Below, in pieces: positions 33,631 to 43,073 of a DNA stretch of 64,000 nt (position 1 is the first letter of the stretch; each line of letters opens with the position of its first letter). The position numbers were made by a program, and so were the translations under genes. Under the pieces are notes generated by a model. That model was not told where the DNA came from, made no database searches, and saw only the letters and a list, made by a program, of their open reading frames with translations. Source of the stretch: a bacterium (GTDB taxonomy: Bacteria > Patescibacteriota > Minisyncoccia > Minisyncoccales > CG1-02-41-26); contig JAUWWY010000001.1 in NCBI GenBank assembly GCA_030616605.1, positions 4,251 to 68,250 of the forward strand, given 5' to 3'.

Positions 33631-34494
33631 ATGAAATGGAAGAGAAAAATTTTTATCTTGATTATATTTTTCCTGATTCTTGCTAATTTTTTTATCTGGA
33701 AAGAAATCTTTGCTTTATCAAGAGGATTTTTAAAAGTTATCTTTTTTGATATTGGTCAGGGTGATGCGATTTTTATTGAAACTTCCCAGGGACATCAAAT
33801 ACTTATTGACGGGGGACCAAGCGGCAAGAAGTTATTGGAGAAGTTGTCTAATCAGATTCCTTTTTGGGATAAGACGATTGATTTGGTGATTTTGACTCAT
33901 CCTGACTATGACCATCTGGCAGGATTGAATTATGTTTTAAACAGATACAAGGTGGAAAATATTTTATGGAACGGAGTAGAAAAAGATACTAAAACCTTTG
34001 GATACTGGAAAGAAAATTTAGATACAGAAAGGAAAGAGGATAAAGCCAGAGTTGTAATTGCCCAGAAAGGTCAAAAAATCAAAGCCGGAAAAGTTGAAAT
34101 TTTTATTCTCTATCCTTTGGAAAATCTGGAAAACAAATTTTTTAAGGGAACTAGTAATGATACTTCTATAGTTGCCAAGCTTTTGTTTTTTGAAAATACT
34201 TTTTTATTTACCGGTGACATAACTAAAAAAGTAGAAAAAAAGATTTTAGAATTTGATCTGGGAGCGACTGTTTTAAAAATAGCTCATCATGGAAGCAAAG
34301 TTTCAACTTCAAAAGAGTTTTTAGAAAAAGTTCAACCCCGGCTTGCTGTAATTTCAGTTAGTGAAAATAATGCCTATGGTCATCCCCACCAAGAGGTATT
34401 GAGTAATCTTGAAGAATTTGGTATAAAGGTTTTAAGAACAGACCAAGAAGGAGACATTAAAATTATTCAAGGCTATGGAGTTTCCAATTTTTAA
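33631..34494 (+). CDS. Membrane-anchored metallo-beta-lactamase fold protein (ComEC C-terminal domain type)
   Basis: It has an N-terminal TM helix, FFDIGQGDA, THPDYDH (HxDxDH-type) and a late HHGS. Confidence 0.85.
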   Translation: MKWKRKIFILIIFFLILANFFIWKEIFALSRGFLKVIFFDIGQGDAIFIETSQGHQILIDGGPSGKKLLEKLSNQIPFWDKTIDLVILTHPDYDHLAGLNYVLNRYKVENILWNGVEKDTKTFGYWKENLDTERKEDKARVVIAQKGQKIKAGKVEIFILYPLENLENKFFKGTSNDTSIVAKLLFFENTFLFTGDITKKVEKKILEFDLGATVLKIAHHGSKVSTSKEFLEKVQPRLAVISVSENNAYGHPHQEVLSNLEEFGIKVLRTDQEGDIKIIQGYGVSNF

Positions 34495-35539
34495 AACTAA
34501 AATTGAAGGAGTTTCTCAAAAATTTGACCTGACTGATTTTAGTCAAAGGCAAGCTTATTTTGAATTGAAAGCCGGCAAGGAGATTGAAAAACTGAGAGAA
34601 TATTTGAAAGATAAAAGCTTTATTGCTTATCTCTTGGGTAAAAAGAATTCTGGCAAAGGCACTTATGCCAAAATGTTTAAAGAGGTAGTTGATAAAGATA
34701 GGATAGAGCATTTTTCTATCGGCGATATGATTAGAGAACTTGATAAGGTTTTAAAAGATAAAAAAAAGAAAAAGGAATTAATTTCCTTTTTAGAAAAAAA
34801 TTATCGGGGCTTTCTACCTTTAGAAAAAATAATTTCTTCTTTAAAGAAAAGAAGCACTAAAACTCTTTTGTCAACTGAATTGATTCTAGTTTTAGTTAAG
34901 AAAGAGATAGCCAAAAGAGAGAAAAAAGCTCTTTTTATTGACGGTTATCCAAGAGATATGGACCAGGTTTCTTACTCATTGTTTTTTAGAGATTTGATTG
35001 GTTATCGAGATGACCCTGATGTTTTTATTCTTATTAATGTTCCAGAAGCAATTATTGATGAGAGGATAAAACATCGGGTAGTTTGTCCCCTTTGCCAAAC
35101 TTCAAGAAATTTAAAAGTTCACCGAACAAAAACGGTGGAGTATGACCAAAGAGAGAAAAAATTTTATCTCATCTGCGACAATCCGGATTGTAAAGGAGCA
35201 AGAATGGTTCAGAAAGAAGGAGATGAATTGGGTATAGAATCAATTAAGAAAAGATTAGAAAAAGATGAAAAATTAATAAAACAAACTTTCTCTTTATATG
35301 GTATTCCAAAAATTCTTTTAAGAAACTCTGTTCCAATAGATGAAGCTGAAAAGCTTGTTGATGATTACGAAATTACTCCAGGATATAGCTATGAATTAGA
35401 AAAAGATTCAGGAAAAGTAAAGATAATTGAAAGACCCTGGCAGGTTCTTGACGATCAAGGAATTCTTTCTTACAGTTTAATGCCCCCGGCAGTAGTAGTT
35501 TCTTTGATTAAACAGATGGTAGGAGTTTTTAATCTTTAA
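34475..35539 (+). CDS. Elongated adenylate-kinase-like protein (NMP kinase paralogue)
   Basis: It has the P-loop GKKNSGKGT, IDGYPRD, and a zinc LID CPLC...CDNPDC. It carries ~50-aa N-terminal and ~110-aa C-terminal extensions relative to Adk. Confidence 0.6.
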   Translation: MEFPIFKTKIEGVSQKFDLTDFSQRQAYFELKAGKEIEKLREYLKDKSFIAYLLGKKNSGKGTYAKMFKEVVDKDRIEHFSIGDMIRELDKVLKDKKKKKELISFLEKNYRGFLPLEKIISSLKKRSTKTLLSTELILVLVKKEIAKREKKALFIDGYPRDMDQVSYSLFFRDLIGYRDDPDVFILINVPEAIIDERIKHRVVCPLCQTSRNLKVHRTKTVEYDQREKKFYLICDNPDCKGARMVQKEGDELGIESIKKRLEKDEKLIKQTFSLYGIPKILLRNSVPIDEAEKLVDDYEITPGYSYELEKDSGKVKIIERPWQVLDDQGILSYSLMPPAVVVSLIKQMVGVFNL

Positions 35540-35549
35540 TAAATATCTA

Positions 35550-35579
35550 TTGACAATCGTCTTTGACAGGGTATATAAT
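35550..35579 (+). promoter_or_regulatory. Sigma70-type promoter of the sRNA candidate
   Basis: TTGACA (35550-35555), 18 nt, TATAAT (35574-35579). Confidence 0.6.
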
Positions 35580-35585
35580 AAAAAT

Positions 35586-35729
35586 AGCCCTGTCTTTTTC
35601 TGTTAAAGTTTCTAGACAAACTTTTACAAAAGGGAAGGTAATATTTGTTAAGTCATTAATGACTTAACGTGAACCATCCCCCCTGGATTATCTCTAGGAT
35701 GTCAATTGCAGAAAAAGACAGGGTTTTTT
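35586..35729 (+). ncRNA. Stand-alone structured sRNA candidate (~145 nt), class unknown
   Basis: 5' ccctgtctttttctg (35588-35602) pairs perfectly with cagaaaaagacaggg (35709-35723), followed by TTTTTT. It has internal hairpins and lies between convergent genes. Confidence 0.5.
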
Positions 35730-36906
35730 AATAGTCAATTAAATCCATTTTAGAAAGACTGGCTTGAATTTGAACGGCAATCTTAAGTTTTTTTTCAACT
35801 TCTTCTACTTCTTTCAACTTTGCTTTTGTTTCAGGATGTTTTGGTAGAAAGACAGCGCAGCAATCTTGATGAGGTAAAATTGATATATCGTAAGTTCCAA
35901 TTTTTTTAGCTTTTTCAATAATTTGAAACTTATCCTCTCCGATTACTGGTCTTAAAACAATCAAGTTTGTAGCTTTTTGAATTGCTCTTAGGTTTTCTAA
36001 GGTTTGAGAGGCAACCTGGCCAAGATTTTCTCCAGTTACAACTGCTTTTATCTTTTCTTTCTCGGCTATTTTTTCAGCAATTCTAAACATTATTCTTCGG
36101 TACAAAATTACTCTCAATTTTGCCGGGCTTTTGAGAAGAATTTCTTTTTGGATATCAGCAAACGGAATTAAGTAGAGTTTTGAATTAAATTGAAAATTAT
36201 TGAGTATTTTAACGATTTTTTTTACTTTATCAATTGAGGCTCGATTGGTGTAGGGGACAGCGTGAAAATGAAGAAAAACAGTTCTCAAACCTCTTTTCAT
36301 TGCTAAAAAAGCAGCAACCGGCGAATCAATTCCGCCAGAAAGAGCAACCAGAGCTTTTCCGCTTACGCCAACTGGTAGGCCCCCAAGTCCGGCTATTTTT
36401 TCAAGATACAAAAAAGCATATTTTTCAACTATTTCAATAAAACAAGTAATATCAGGATTTTTTAAATCAACCCCTTTTTTCATTTTTTTCAAAACAAACT
36501 CTCCGACCTTCTCGTTGATTTCTGGAGAAGTTAAAGGAAAATCTTTTTTTGAACGCTGGGTTGAAATTTTAAAAGTTTTGAACTCTGCACCAGAGCCTTT
36601 GGCACGAAGCGAAGCTTGGGCAAGTTTTTCCAATGCCTTTTTTTGTATTTCTTTAATTTCCTGTTTACAATTTTCAGCAAAAGCAAAATAGACAATGCCA
36701 AAAACATTTTTCAAAGATTTTTCCAATTTTCTTTGTTCTGCTTCTTTCAGCAATTCAATAATTATCCTACCAGAAATTCTTTTTACATATTTAAAATCAG
36801 TCGGCCTCAAAGCCGACTTAATATTTTTAACCAATTGCTCTTCAAAAATCTTTCGATTTTTCCCTTTGAGTCCTATTTCTCCGTAGTGACAGATGACAAA
36901 AGCCAT
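35728..36906 (-). CDS. thiI: tRNA 4-thiouridine synthase / sulfurtransferase ThiI
   Basis: It has the N-terminal YGEIGLKGKNR (ferredoxin-like/THUMP region) and the PP-loop SGGIDSP. Confidence 0.9.
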   Translation of the reverse strand: MAFVICHYGEIGLKGKNRKIFEEQLVKNIKSALRPTDFKYVKRISGRIIIELLKEAEQRKLEKSLKNVFGIVYFAFAENCKQEIKEIQKKALEKLAQASLRAKGSGAEFKTFKISTQRSKKDFPLTSPEINEKVGEFVLKKMKKGVDLKNPDITCFIEIVEKYAFLYLEKIAGLGGLPVGVSGKALVALSGGIDSPVAAFLAMKRGLRTVFLHFHAVPYTNRASIDKVKKIVKILNNFQFNSKLYLIPFADIQKEILLKSPAKLRVILYRRIMFRIAEKIAEKEKIKAVVTGENLGQVASQTLENLRAIQKATNLIVLRPVIGEDKFQIIEKAKKIGTYDISILPHQDCCAVFLPKHPETKAKLKEVEEVEKKLKIAVQIQASLSKMDLIDY

Positions 36907-36919
36907 TTTTTTTTATTTG

Positions 36920-36990
36920 AGCGGGTGAAGGGAATCGAACCCTCGTTACAAACTTGGAAGGTTTGAGTTTTACCACTAAACTACACCCGC
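36920..36990 (-). tRNA. tRNA-Gly (anticodon UCC)
   Basis: The minus strand reads gcgggtg ta gttt agtggta aaac t caaac CTTCCAA gtttg taac gaggg ttcgatt ccctt cacccgc t, a full cloverleaf with no encoded CCA. Confidence 0.9.
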
Positions 36991-37002
36991 CAATTTATCT
37001 TT

Positions 37003-37074
37003 TCGGGGTGCCGGGGGTTGAACCCGGGTCACAGGCTCCCCGAGCCTGGATACTAACCGTTATACTACACCCCG
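37003..37074 (-). tRNA. tRNA-Pro (anticodon GGG; anticodon loop UCGGGGA)
   Basis: The minus strand reads cggggtg ta gtat aacggtta gtat c caggc TCGGGGA gcctg tgac ccggg ttcaacc cccgg caccccg a, a cloverleaf with a weak D-stem and no encoded CCA. Confidence 0.85.
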
Positions 37075-37080
37075 CTGGTT

Positions 37081-37302
37081 TTAATCTCTTTTTGACAGGG
37101 TTTTGATGCATTTAGTACAGGCCAAAATTCTTTGGCCAGCAAATGATTTGTATTTTTTGTGTTTAACATCCAAGGGTACTTTAAGCCATTGAAGGTTTGG
37201 ATGTCTTCTTCTTTTTTGGGTTGGGTTATATCTGGAAATTAATTTTTTATAGCGGCCGGCCATTAACGAGCCCTTTCCGCAGATTTTACATATCTTAGCC
37301 AT
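37081..37302 (-). CDS. rpmB: 50S ribosomal protein L28 (zinc-ribbon form)
   Basis: MAKICKICGKG...RYNPTQKRRRHPNLQ...ACTKC. Confidence 0.9.
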   Translation of the reverse strand: MAKICKICGKGSLMAGRYKKLISRYNPTQKRRRHPNLQWLKVPLDVKHKKYKSFAGQRILACTKCIKTLSKRD

Positions 37303-37351
37303 ATGCTATATATTATATGCTATAATATATCATACTTAAACAAAAATTCAA

Positions 37352-37993
37352 ATGGATATAATATTTTTTATCATCGTTATTATAATTTTCCTTTTTTCGG
37401 TTATTATCCACGAGATTTCTCATGGCTTAATGGCAAATTATTTAGGAGATTCAACCGCTAAAATTGCCGGTCGCTTGAGTTTAAATCCAATTAAACATTT
37501 AGATCCAGTAGGCTCGATTCTTTTACCTGTTCTTTTGATTTTGTTTCAGAGTAATATAATTTTTGGCTGGGCAAAACCAGTACCGATTAACCCTTTTAAT
37601 TTAAGAGATAGAAAATATGGCGATGCCAAAGTGGCAATGGCTGGTCCTCTGGCTAATATTAGTATTGCTGTTTTTTTCGGCTTTTTAATTAGATTTTTAC
37701 CCTTACAAACTTCAATTTTTGCCGTTAATTTGGGTTTTATTTTCGGCTATATCTGCTGGATAAATTTGCTTTTAGCTATATTTAATTTAATACCTATTCC
37801 TCCTTTAGACGGTTCTCATATTCTTTTTACTTTTATACCCAATAAATTAAACGAGTTAAAAACATTTCTTTCCCAATACGGATTTTTTATTTTAATCTTC
37901 TTTATTTTCTTTTTCTTTCCAATTCTAATACCGATTATCAATTTCTTTTTTACTATAATCGTTGGCCAATCCTTTTTAACGCTGTTAATGTGA
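37352..37993 (+). CDS. Site-2 protease family (peptidase M50) membrane metalloprotease
   Basis: It has HEISHG in TM1 and NLIPIPPLDGSH later, and is polytopic. Confidence 0.85.
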   Translation: MDIIFFIIVIIIFLFSVIIHEISHGLMANYLGDSTAKIAGRLSLNPIKHLDPVGSILLPVLLILFQSNIIFGWAKPVPINPFNLRDRKYGDAKVAMAGPLANISIAVFFGFLIRFLPLQTSIFAVNLGFIFGYICWINLLLAIFNLIPIPPLDGSHILFTFIPNKLNELKTFLSQYGFFILIFFIFFFFPILIPIINFFFTIIVGQSFLTLLM

Positions 37994-38010
37994 GTTTCTC
38001 AATGAGTTTA

Positions 38011-38039
38011 TTGACATCAGATTTCTTTTTTGCTAAATT
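38011..38039 (+). promoter_or_regulatory. Promoter of the str operon
   Basis: TTGACA (38011-38016), 17 nt, TAAATT (38034-38039). It is followed by a small hairpin aagcgc/gcgctt. Confidence 0.55.
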
Positions 38040-38071
38040 AAGTTGTAAGCGCAGAGCGCTTATTTAATTTT

Positions 38072-38566
38072 ATGTGTCCTACAATACATCAACTTACAAA
38101 AAAGCCAAGAAAAAAAATAAAAAAGAAGGCTAAAATGAAAGCCTTGACTTTTGGCTTCAACACTTTGAAAAATAAACCCTCTCATTATCCATCTTCTTTC
38201 AAGAGGGGGATTTGTCTTAGGGTTTTTACCATTACCCCAAAGAAACCGAACTCGGCTTTACGAAAAGTAGCCAGAGTAAAATTAAGTAACGGCAGAGAGG
38301 TTACAGCCTATATTCCCGGTGAAGGTCATAATTTACAGGAACACTTGTTAGTTTTGGTTAAAGGGGGAAGAGTAAAAGATTTACCAGGAGTGAGATACCA
38401 CATAGTAAGGGGTGCTTTGGATACAGGTGGGGTTGAGGGAAGAAAACAGAGCAGGTCGAAATATGGAACAAAAAGAGAGACAACAAAAGGCGCGGTTCCT
38501 AAAAAGGAGCCAGAAGTAAAGCCTGAGCCAGAAGCCAAACCTGAGCCAGAAGTAAAGGAAGAATAA
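38072..38566 (+). CDS. rpsL: 30S ribosomal protein S12 with C-terminal Pro/Glu/Lys-repeat extension
   Basis: [36 protein letters not shown]; the tail is [20 protein letters not shown]. Confidence 0.95.
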   Translation: MCPTIHQLTKKPRKKIKKKAKMKALTFGFNTLKNKPSHYPSSFKRGICLRVFTITPKKPNSALRKVARVKLSNGREVTAYIPGEGHNLQEHLLVLVKGGRVKDLPGVRYHIVRGALDTGGVEGRKQSRSKYGTKRETTKGAVPKKEPEVKPEPEAKPEPEVKEE

Positions 38567-39030
38567 TGGCTAAAAAATATAAACAACATGAAATAGAACC
38601 GGACCCAATTTATAATAATATTTTGGTTTCCAAGTTCGTCAATAATGTGATGAAGCAAGGAAAAAAAACAAAAGCTAGAACCATTGTTTATGGAGCTTTT
38701 GAGATAGTTAAAGCACAAACAAAAAAAGAACCTCTGGAGGTTTTTGAAAAAGCTTTGCAAAATGCTGCCCCAACAGTTGAGGTTCGTTCTCGCAGGGTTG
38801 GAGGAGCAACTTATCAGGTTCCCCAAAAAGTTAAAGAAAAACGGAGTACCAGTCTGGCTATGAGATGGATAATTGATATTGCCAGAAACAAAAAGGGAAA
38901 AGCAATGAAAGAGAAGTTAGCTCAAGAGTTGATTTTAGCTTCAAAGAACGAAGGAGATGCAATAAAAAAGAAAACCAACATTCACCGAATGGCCGAAGCT
39001 AACAGAGCATTTGCGTATCTGGCTCGCTAA
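38566..39030 (+). CDS. rpsG: 30S ribosomal protein S7
   Basis: [16 protein letters not shown] and the C-terminal [11 protein letters not shown]. Confidence 0.95.
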   Translation: MAKKYKQHEIEPDPIYNNILVSKFVNNVMKQGKKTKARTIVYGAFEIVKAQTKKEPLEVFEKALQNAAPTVEVRSRRVGGATYQVPQKVKEKRSTSLAMRWIIDIARNKKGKAMKEKLAQELILASKNEGDAIKKKTNIHRMAEANRAFAYLAR

Positions 39031-39034
39031 ATTT

Positions 39035-41140
39035 ATGCCCAGAAAATATCCACTTGAAAAAACCCGTGATATAGGAATTATTGCCCATATTGATGCCGGT
39101 AAAACCACAGTGACCGAGCGAATTTTATTTTACACCGGAATCAGCCATAAAATGGGTGAAGTTCATACTGGCGAGGCAATTATGGACTGGATGGCTCAAG
39201 AAAAAGAAAGAGGAATTACTATAACTTCTGCGGCTACAAGTTTGTATTGGATGCCAAGAGGATTAGCACAGGAAAAAGATAATGAATATCAAATAAACAT
39301 TATTGACACACCTGGCCACATTGATTTTACGGCCGAAGTTCAAAGATCTTTAAGGGTTTTAGACGGAGCAGTAGTTATTTTTGATGGAGTGGCTGGGGTT
39401 GAACCCCAATCAGAAACAGTCTGGCGACAAGCAGATATGTATAAAGTTCCAAGAATCTGTTTTATCAATAAGATGGATAGAATAGGAGCAAGTTTTGAAG
39501 CGAGTTTAGAAAGTATTCAGCAAAAACTTACCAAAAATGCAGTTCCAGTTCAAATTCCCATTGGAGTTGAGGATGGTTTTGAGGGGACAATTGATTTAAT
39601 AACCCAAAAAGCATTGTATTTTGAAGGTGATTTTGGTCAAGACGTAGTTGAAAAAGAAATTCCCGAAAATTATAAAGAGAAAGCTCAAGAATATCGAGAA
39701 AAAATGATGGAAAAGATTGCTGCCGAAGACAGTAAACTATTGGAAGATTATTTAAATAAAAAAGATATTTCTTCAGAGCAAATAAGAGAAGTTCTAAGAA
39801 AGGCAACCTTGGAATATAAGTTAATACCGGTTTTTTGCGGTTCGGCTTTAAAAAACAAAAGCATTCAACCCTTGTTAGATGCTGTTTGCTACTATTTACC
39901 AAGCCCCCAAGATTTACCTCCGGTTAAAGGAATTGATGTCAAAACCGGTCAAGAAACTTCAAGAAAACCTGATGATTCAGAGCCATTTTCTGCTCTGGTT
40001 TTTAAAATTGCCACTGACCCCTATGTTGGAAGTTTAAATTATTTTAGAGTTTATTCCGGGCATTTGAAAAAAGGTTCTTTTGTTTTCAATTCAACAACCC
40101 AGGAGAAACAGAGAATTGGAAGAATCTTAAGAATGCATTCCAATTCCAGGACTGAGATAGATGAGGTTTTTACTGGAGATATTGTGGCTACAGTAGGTCT
40201 GAAAGGAGTTAGTACCGGCCACACTTTTTCTGACCTTGCCAAACCGATTGTTCTGGAAAAAGTTATTTTTCCAGAACCGGTTATTTCTATTCGAATTAAC
40301 CCGGAAACCAAAGCTGACCAGGAAAAAATGGCTATGGCTTTGAGAAAATTAGCCGAGGAAGACCCCACCTTCCAGGTCAGAGAGGATTTAGAAACAGGAG
40401 AAACAATTATGTCTGGAATGGGAGAACTTCATCTTGATATTTTAGAGGACCGGATGAAAAGAGAGTTTAAAGTTAATGCAGCAACCGGCAAACCTCAGGT
40501 AGCTTACAAAGAAACAATTTCTGATGAAATTGAAGCTGAAGGAAAATATATTCGCCAATCAGGAGGTCGGGGCCAGTACGGTCATGTTTTCTTGAGAATA
40601 AAACCCAAAAAGAGAGGAGAGGGATTTGAATTTCATAATAAAATAAAAGGAGGCATTATTCCCCAAGAATTTATTCCGGCAGTCAGAAAAGGAGTGGAAG
40701 AAGCGATGACTAAGGGAGTGCTGGCTGGTTATCCAATGGTTGATATGGATGTTACTCTCTATCATGGTTCTTTTCACGAAGTAGATTCTTCAGATATTGC
40801 TTTTAAAATTGCAGCAATTCAGGCTTTACAAGAAGGCTCCAAAAAAGCGGGATTGCTTTTACTTGAGCCGATAATGAAAATTGAAGTGATAATTCCCGAG
40901 GAGTTTTTCGGAGATATTACTGGTGATTTAAATAGGAGAAGGGGAGTTATTAAAGAAACAAAGGACCGGGGAGAACTTAAGGTAATAGATGGTCAGGTGG
41001 CTTTAAGTGAGATGTTTGGCTATGCAGTAAGTCTTCGCTCATTGACTCAGGGACGAGGAACGTTTACAATGGAATTTGACCACTATGATAAAATACCAGA
41101 TAATATAACTCAAGAGATAATTGAAGGAAAAAGAAGATAA
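39035..41140 (+). CDS. fusA: Elongation factor G
   Basis: It has [17 protein letters not shown] and NKMD. I prefer the ATG at 39035, just after the rpsG stop. Confidence 0.95.
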   Translation: MPRKYPLEKTRDIGIIAHIDAGKTTVTERILFYTGISHKMGEVHTGEAIMDWMAQEKERGITITSAATSLYWMPRGLAQEKDNEYQINIIDTPGHIDFTAEVQRSLRVLDGAVVIFDGVAGVEPQSETVWRQADMYKVPRICFINKMDRIGASFEASLESIQQKLTKNAVPVQIPIGVEDGFEGTIDLITQKALYFEGDFGQDVVEKEIPENYKEKAQEYREKMMEKIAAEDSKLLEDYLNKKDISSEQIREVLRKATLEYKLIPVFCGSALKNKSIQPLLDAVCYYLPSPQDLPPVKGIDVKTGQETSRKPDDSEPFSALVFKIATDPYVGSLNYFRVYSGHLKKGSFVFNSTTQEKQRIGRILRMHSNSRTEIDEVFTGDIVATVGLKGVSTGHTFSDLAKPIVLEKVIFPEPVISIRINPETKADQEKMAMALRKLAEEDPTFQVREDLETGETIMSGMGELHLDILEDRMKREFKVNAATGKPQVAYKETISDEIEAEGKYIRQSGGRGQYGHVFLRIKPKKRGEGFEFHNKIKGGIIPQEFIPAVRKGVEEAMTKGVLAGYPMVDMDVTLYHGSFHEVDSSDIAFKIAAIQALQEGSKKAGLLLLEPIMKIEVIIPEEFFGDITGDLNRRRGVIKETKDRGELKVIDGQVALSEMFGYAVSLRSLTQGRGTFTMEFDHYDKIPDNITQEIIEGKRR

Positions 41141-41144
41141 TAAC

Positions 41145-41396
41145 ATGGACTTAAATGAAATTAAACAATTTATAAGTTCCAATAAAGAAAGAATTATTGT
41201 TGTAGAAAACGGCAAACCAGTGGTAGTTTTACTCTCTTTTGAAGATTATAAAGAACTTTCTGAAAATTCAGAAAGCTTTGGAGACAATCCTGGAGAAGAA
41301 AAGCCCTCCTTCGCCAAGGCTCCGGAGGGCAAGGAAGAGATTAGAAAAGAAGAAAAACCAAAAGAAGAGTTAAGGATAGAAGATTTGCCATTTTAA
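41145..41396 (+). CDS. Phd/YefM-type antitoxin-like small protein with acidic/Lys-rich tail
   Basis: MDLNEIKQFISSNKERIIVVENGKPVVVLLSFEDYKEL matches the Phd/YefM N-terminal fold pattern. It sits between fusA and tuf. Confidence 0.6.
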   Translation: MDLNEIKQFISSNKERIIVVENGKPVVVLLSFEDYKELSENSESFGDNPGEEKPSFAKAPEGKEEIRKEEKPKEELRIEDLPF

Positions 41397-41399
41397 AGG

Positions 41400-41428
41400 T
41401 TGACATTTGATTTTAATTTTATTAATAT
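41400..41428 (+). promoter_or_regulatory. Internal promoter upstream of tuf
   Basis: TTGACA (41400-41405), 17 nt, TAATAT (41423-41428). A leader hairpin cttacga/tcgtaag follows. Confidence 0.55.
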
Positions 41429-41519
41429 ATTAGTATAACTATCAACGAATATCTTTTCTCTTACGAATTTAGGAACTCGTAAAGGATTTGTTATTCCTTG
41501 ATTAATTAATTTAATTAGT

Positions 41520-42713
41520 ATGGTTGAAAAATTTGAGAGAACAAAGCCTCACTTAAATATCGGTACCATTGGTCATGTTGACCACGGTAAAACCACTTTA
41601 ACGGCCAGTATTTTGAAATACTCAAAATTAAAGGGTTTAAAAGCTTCTGAGAAAACAGTTGAAGAAATTGATTCTGCTCCAGAGGAAAAAACCCGGGGTT
41701 TGACAATTAATATTTGCCACACCGAGTTTGAGACAGAAAAACGCCATTATGCTTTAATTGACTGTCCGGGTCACGCTGACTACATTAAGAATATGATTAC
41801 CGGAGCTGCCCAGATGGATGGAGCTATTTTAGTGGTTTCGGCAGCTGACGGCCCAATGCCCCAAACTCGAGAGCACATCCTTTTGGCAAGACAGGTGGGT
41901 TTACCGTCATTAATTGTCTTTTTAAATAAAGTTGACCAGGTGGATGACCCGGAAATGATTGACCTTGTTGAATCGGAATTAAGAGAGCTTTTGAAAAAAT
42001 ATGAATTTCCTGGAGATAAAATTCCTATTGTAAGAGGTTCTGCCTTAAAAGCTCTTGAAGCCGGCTCTCCTGATGATGAATCAATTAAGCCAATTGGAGA
42101 ATTGCTTAGTAAAATTGACGAGTATATTTTAGAGCCCAAACGAGCTTTAGACCAGCCATTTTTAATGGCAATAGAAGATGTTTTCTCAATTGCTGGAAGG
42201 GGAACAGTGGCTACTGGAAGAATTGAAAGGGGAATTGTTAAGCCTGGTGAGGAAGTAGAAATAGTTGGTTTGCGACCAACTCAAAAGACAGTGGCAGTTA
42301 GTGTTGAGATGTTTAATAAAATGTTAGATGAAGGAAGGGCTGGTGATAATGTTGGAATTTTACTTCGAGGATTAAAGAAAGAAGATGTTGAGAGAGGTCA
42401 AGTTATTTCCAAGCCAAAATCAGTTACTCCTCACACAGAATTTGAAGCCGAAGTTTATATTTTATCTAAAGAAGAAGGAGGCCGTCACACTCCTTTTTTT
42501 AGTGGTTACAAACCTCAATTTTACATTCGAACTTGTGATGTGACCGGAGGAGTAACATTATCAAAAGGAATTGAGATGGTTATGCCGGGTGATACAGTAA
42601 ATGTTAAAATTGAATTGATTGCTCCAATAGCCTTAGAAGAAAAGCAAAGATTTGCTATTAGAGAAGGAGGAAAAACAGTTGGAGCAGGTGTAGTGACTAA
42701 AATAATTAAATAG
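41520..42713 (+). CDS. tuf: Elongation factor Tu
   Basis: [21 protein letters not shown]. Confidence 0.97.
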   Translation: MVEKFERTKPHLNIGTIGHVDHGKTTLTASILKYSKLKGLKASEKTVEEIDSAPEEKTRGLTINICHTEFETEKRHYALIDCPGHADYIKNMITGAAQMDGAILVVSAADGPMPQTREHILLARQVGLPSLIVFLNKVDQVDDPEMIDLVESELRELLKKYEFPGDKIPIVRGSALKALEAGSPDDESIKPIGELLSKIDEYILEPKRALDQPFLMAIEDVFSIAGRGTVATGRIERGIVKPGEEVEIVGLRPTQKTVAVSVEMFNKMLDEGRAGDNVGILLRGLKKEDVERGQVISKPKSVTPHTEFEAEVYILSKEEGGRHTPFFSGYKPQFYIRTCDVTGGVTLSKGIEMVMPGDTVNVKIELIAPIALEEKQRFAIREGGKTVGAGVVTKIIK

Positions 42714-42716
42714 AGA

Positions 42717-43073
42717 ATGCCAACCAAAGCGAAAAAGAAAACAGAGAAAAAAAAAGAAGAAAAAGTTAAACCTCAATTGAGGATTAAGCTCCGTTCTTAC
42801 GATAGTAAGGTTATGGATAAAAGCTGCCAGCAGATTGTTGAGATTGCCGAGAGGGCCGATATTAAAATTATAGGACCAGTTCCCTTGCCAACAGAAATTC
42901 ATCGCTATACGGTTAATCGTTCAACTTTTGTCCATGAGGATTCAAAAGAGCAGTTTGAAATAAGAGTTCACAAGAGATTGATTGATGTTTTAGATCCTAA
43001 CCAGAGATTTATAGATTCTCTAAGAGAATTAACTTTGCCAACCGGAATAGAAATTGAAATTAAGGCAATTTAA
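42717..43073 (+). CDS. rpsJ: 30S ribosomal protein S10 (Lys-rich N-terminal extension)
   Basis: LRIKLRSYDSKVMD...IGPVPLPT...FEIRVHKRLIDV. Confidence 0.95.
   Translation: MPTKAKKKTEKKKEEKVKPQLRIKLRSYDSKVMDKSCQQIVEIAERADIKIIGPVPLPTEIHRYTVNRSTFVHEDSKEQFEIRVHKRLIDVLDPNQRFIDSLRELTLPTGIEIEIKAI

Noticed and set aside
35586-35729. Interpretation of the sRNA candidate as SRP (4.5S) RNA or 6S RNA
   Set aside because: It lacks the conserved SRP helix-8 elements (GNRA loop flanked by AGG...AGCAGC-type motifs, from memory). It is shorter and more hairpin-rich than typical 6S RNAs. It is kept as an unknown-class sRNA candidate instead.
38326-38826. 166-aa minus-strand ORF across rpsL/rpsG. The same applies to 41780-42139, 42633-42902, 39528-39902, 40051-40368, 46223-46468, 48458-48721 and 50278-50568.
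   Set aside because: All are antisense or out of frame to conserved translation genes, with no start context and no recognisable sequence. They are AT-rich shadow ORFs.
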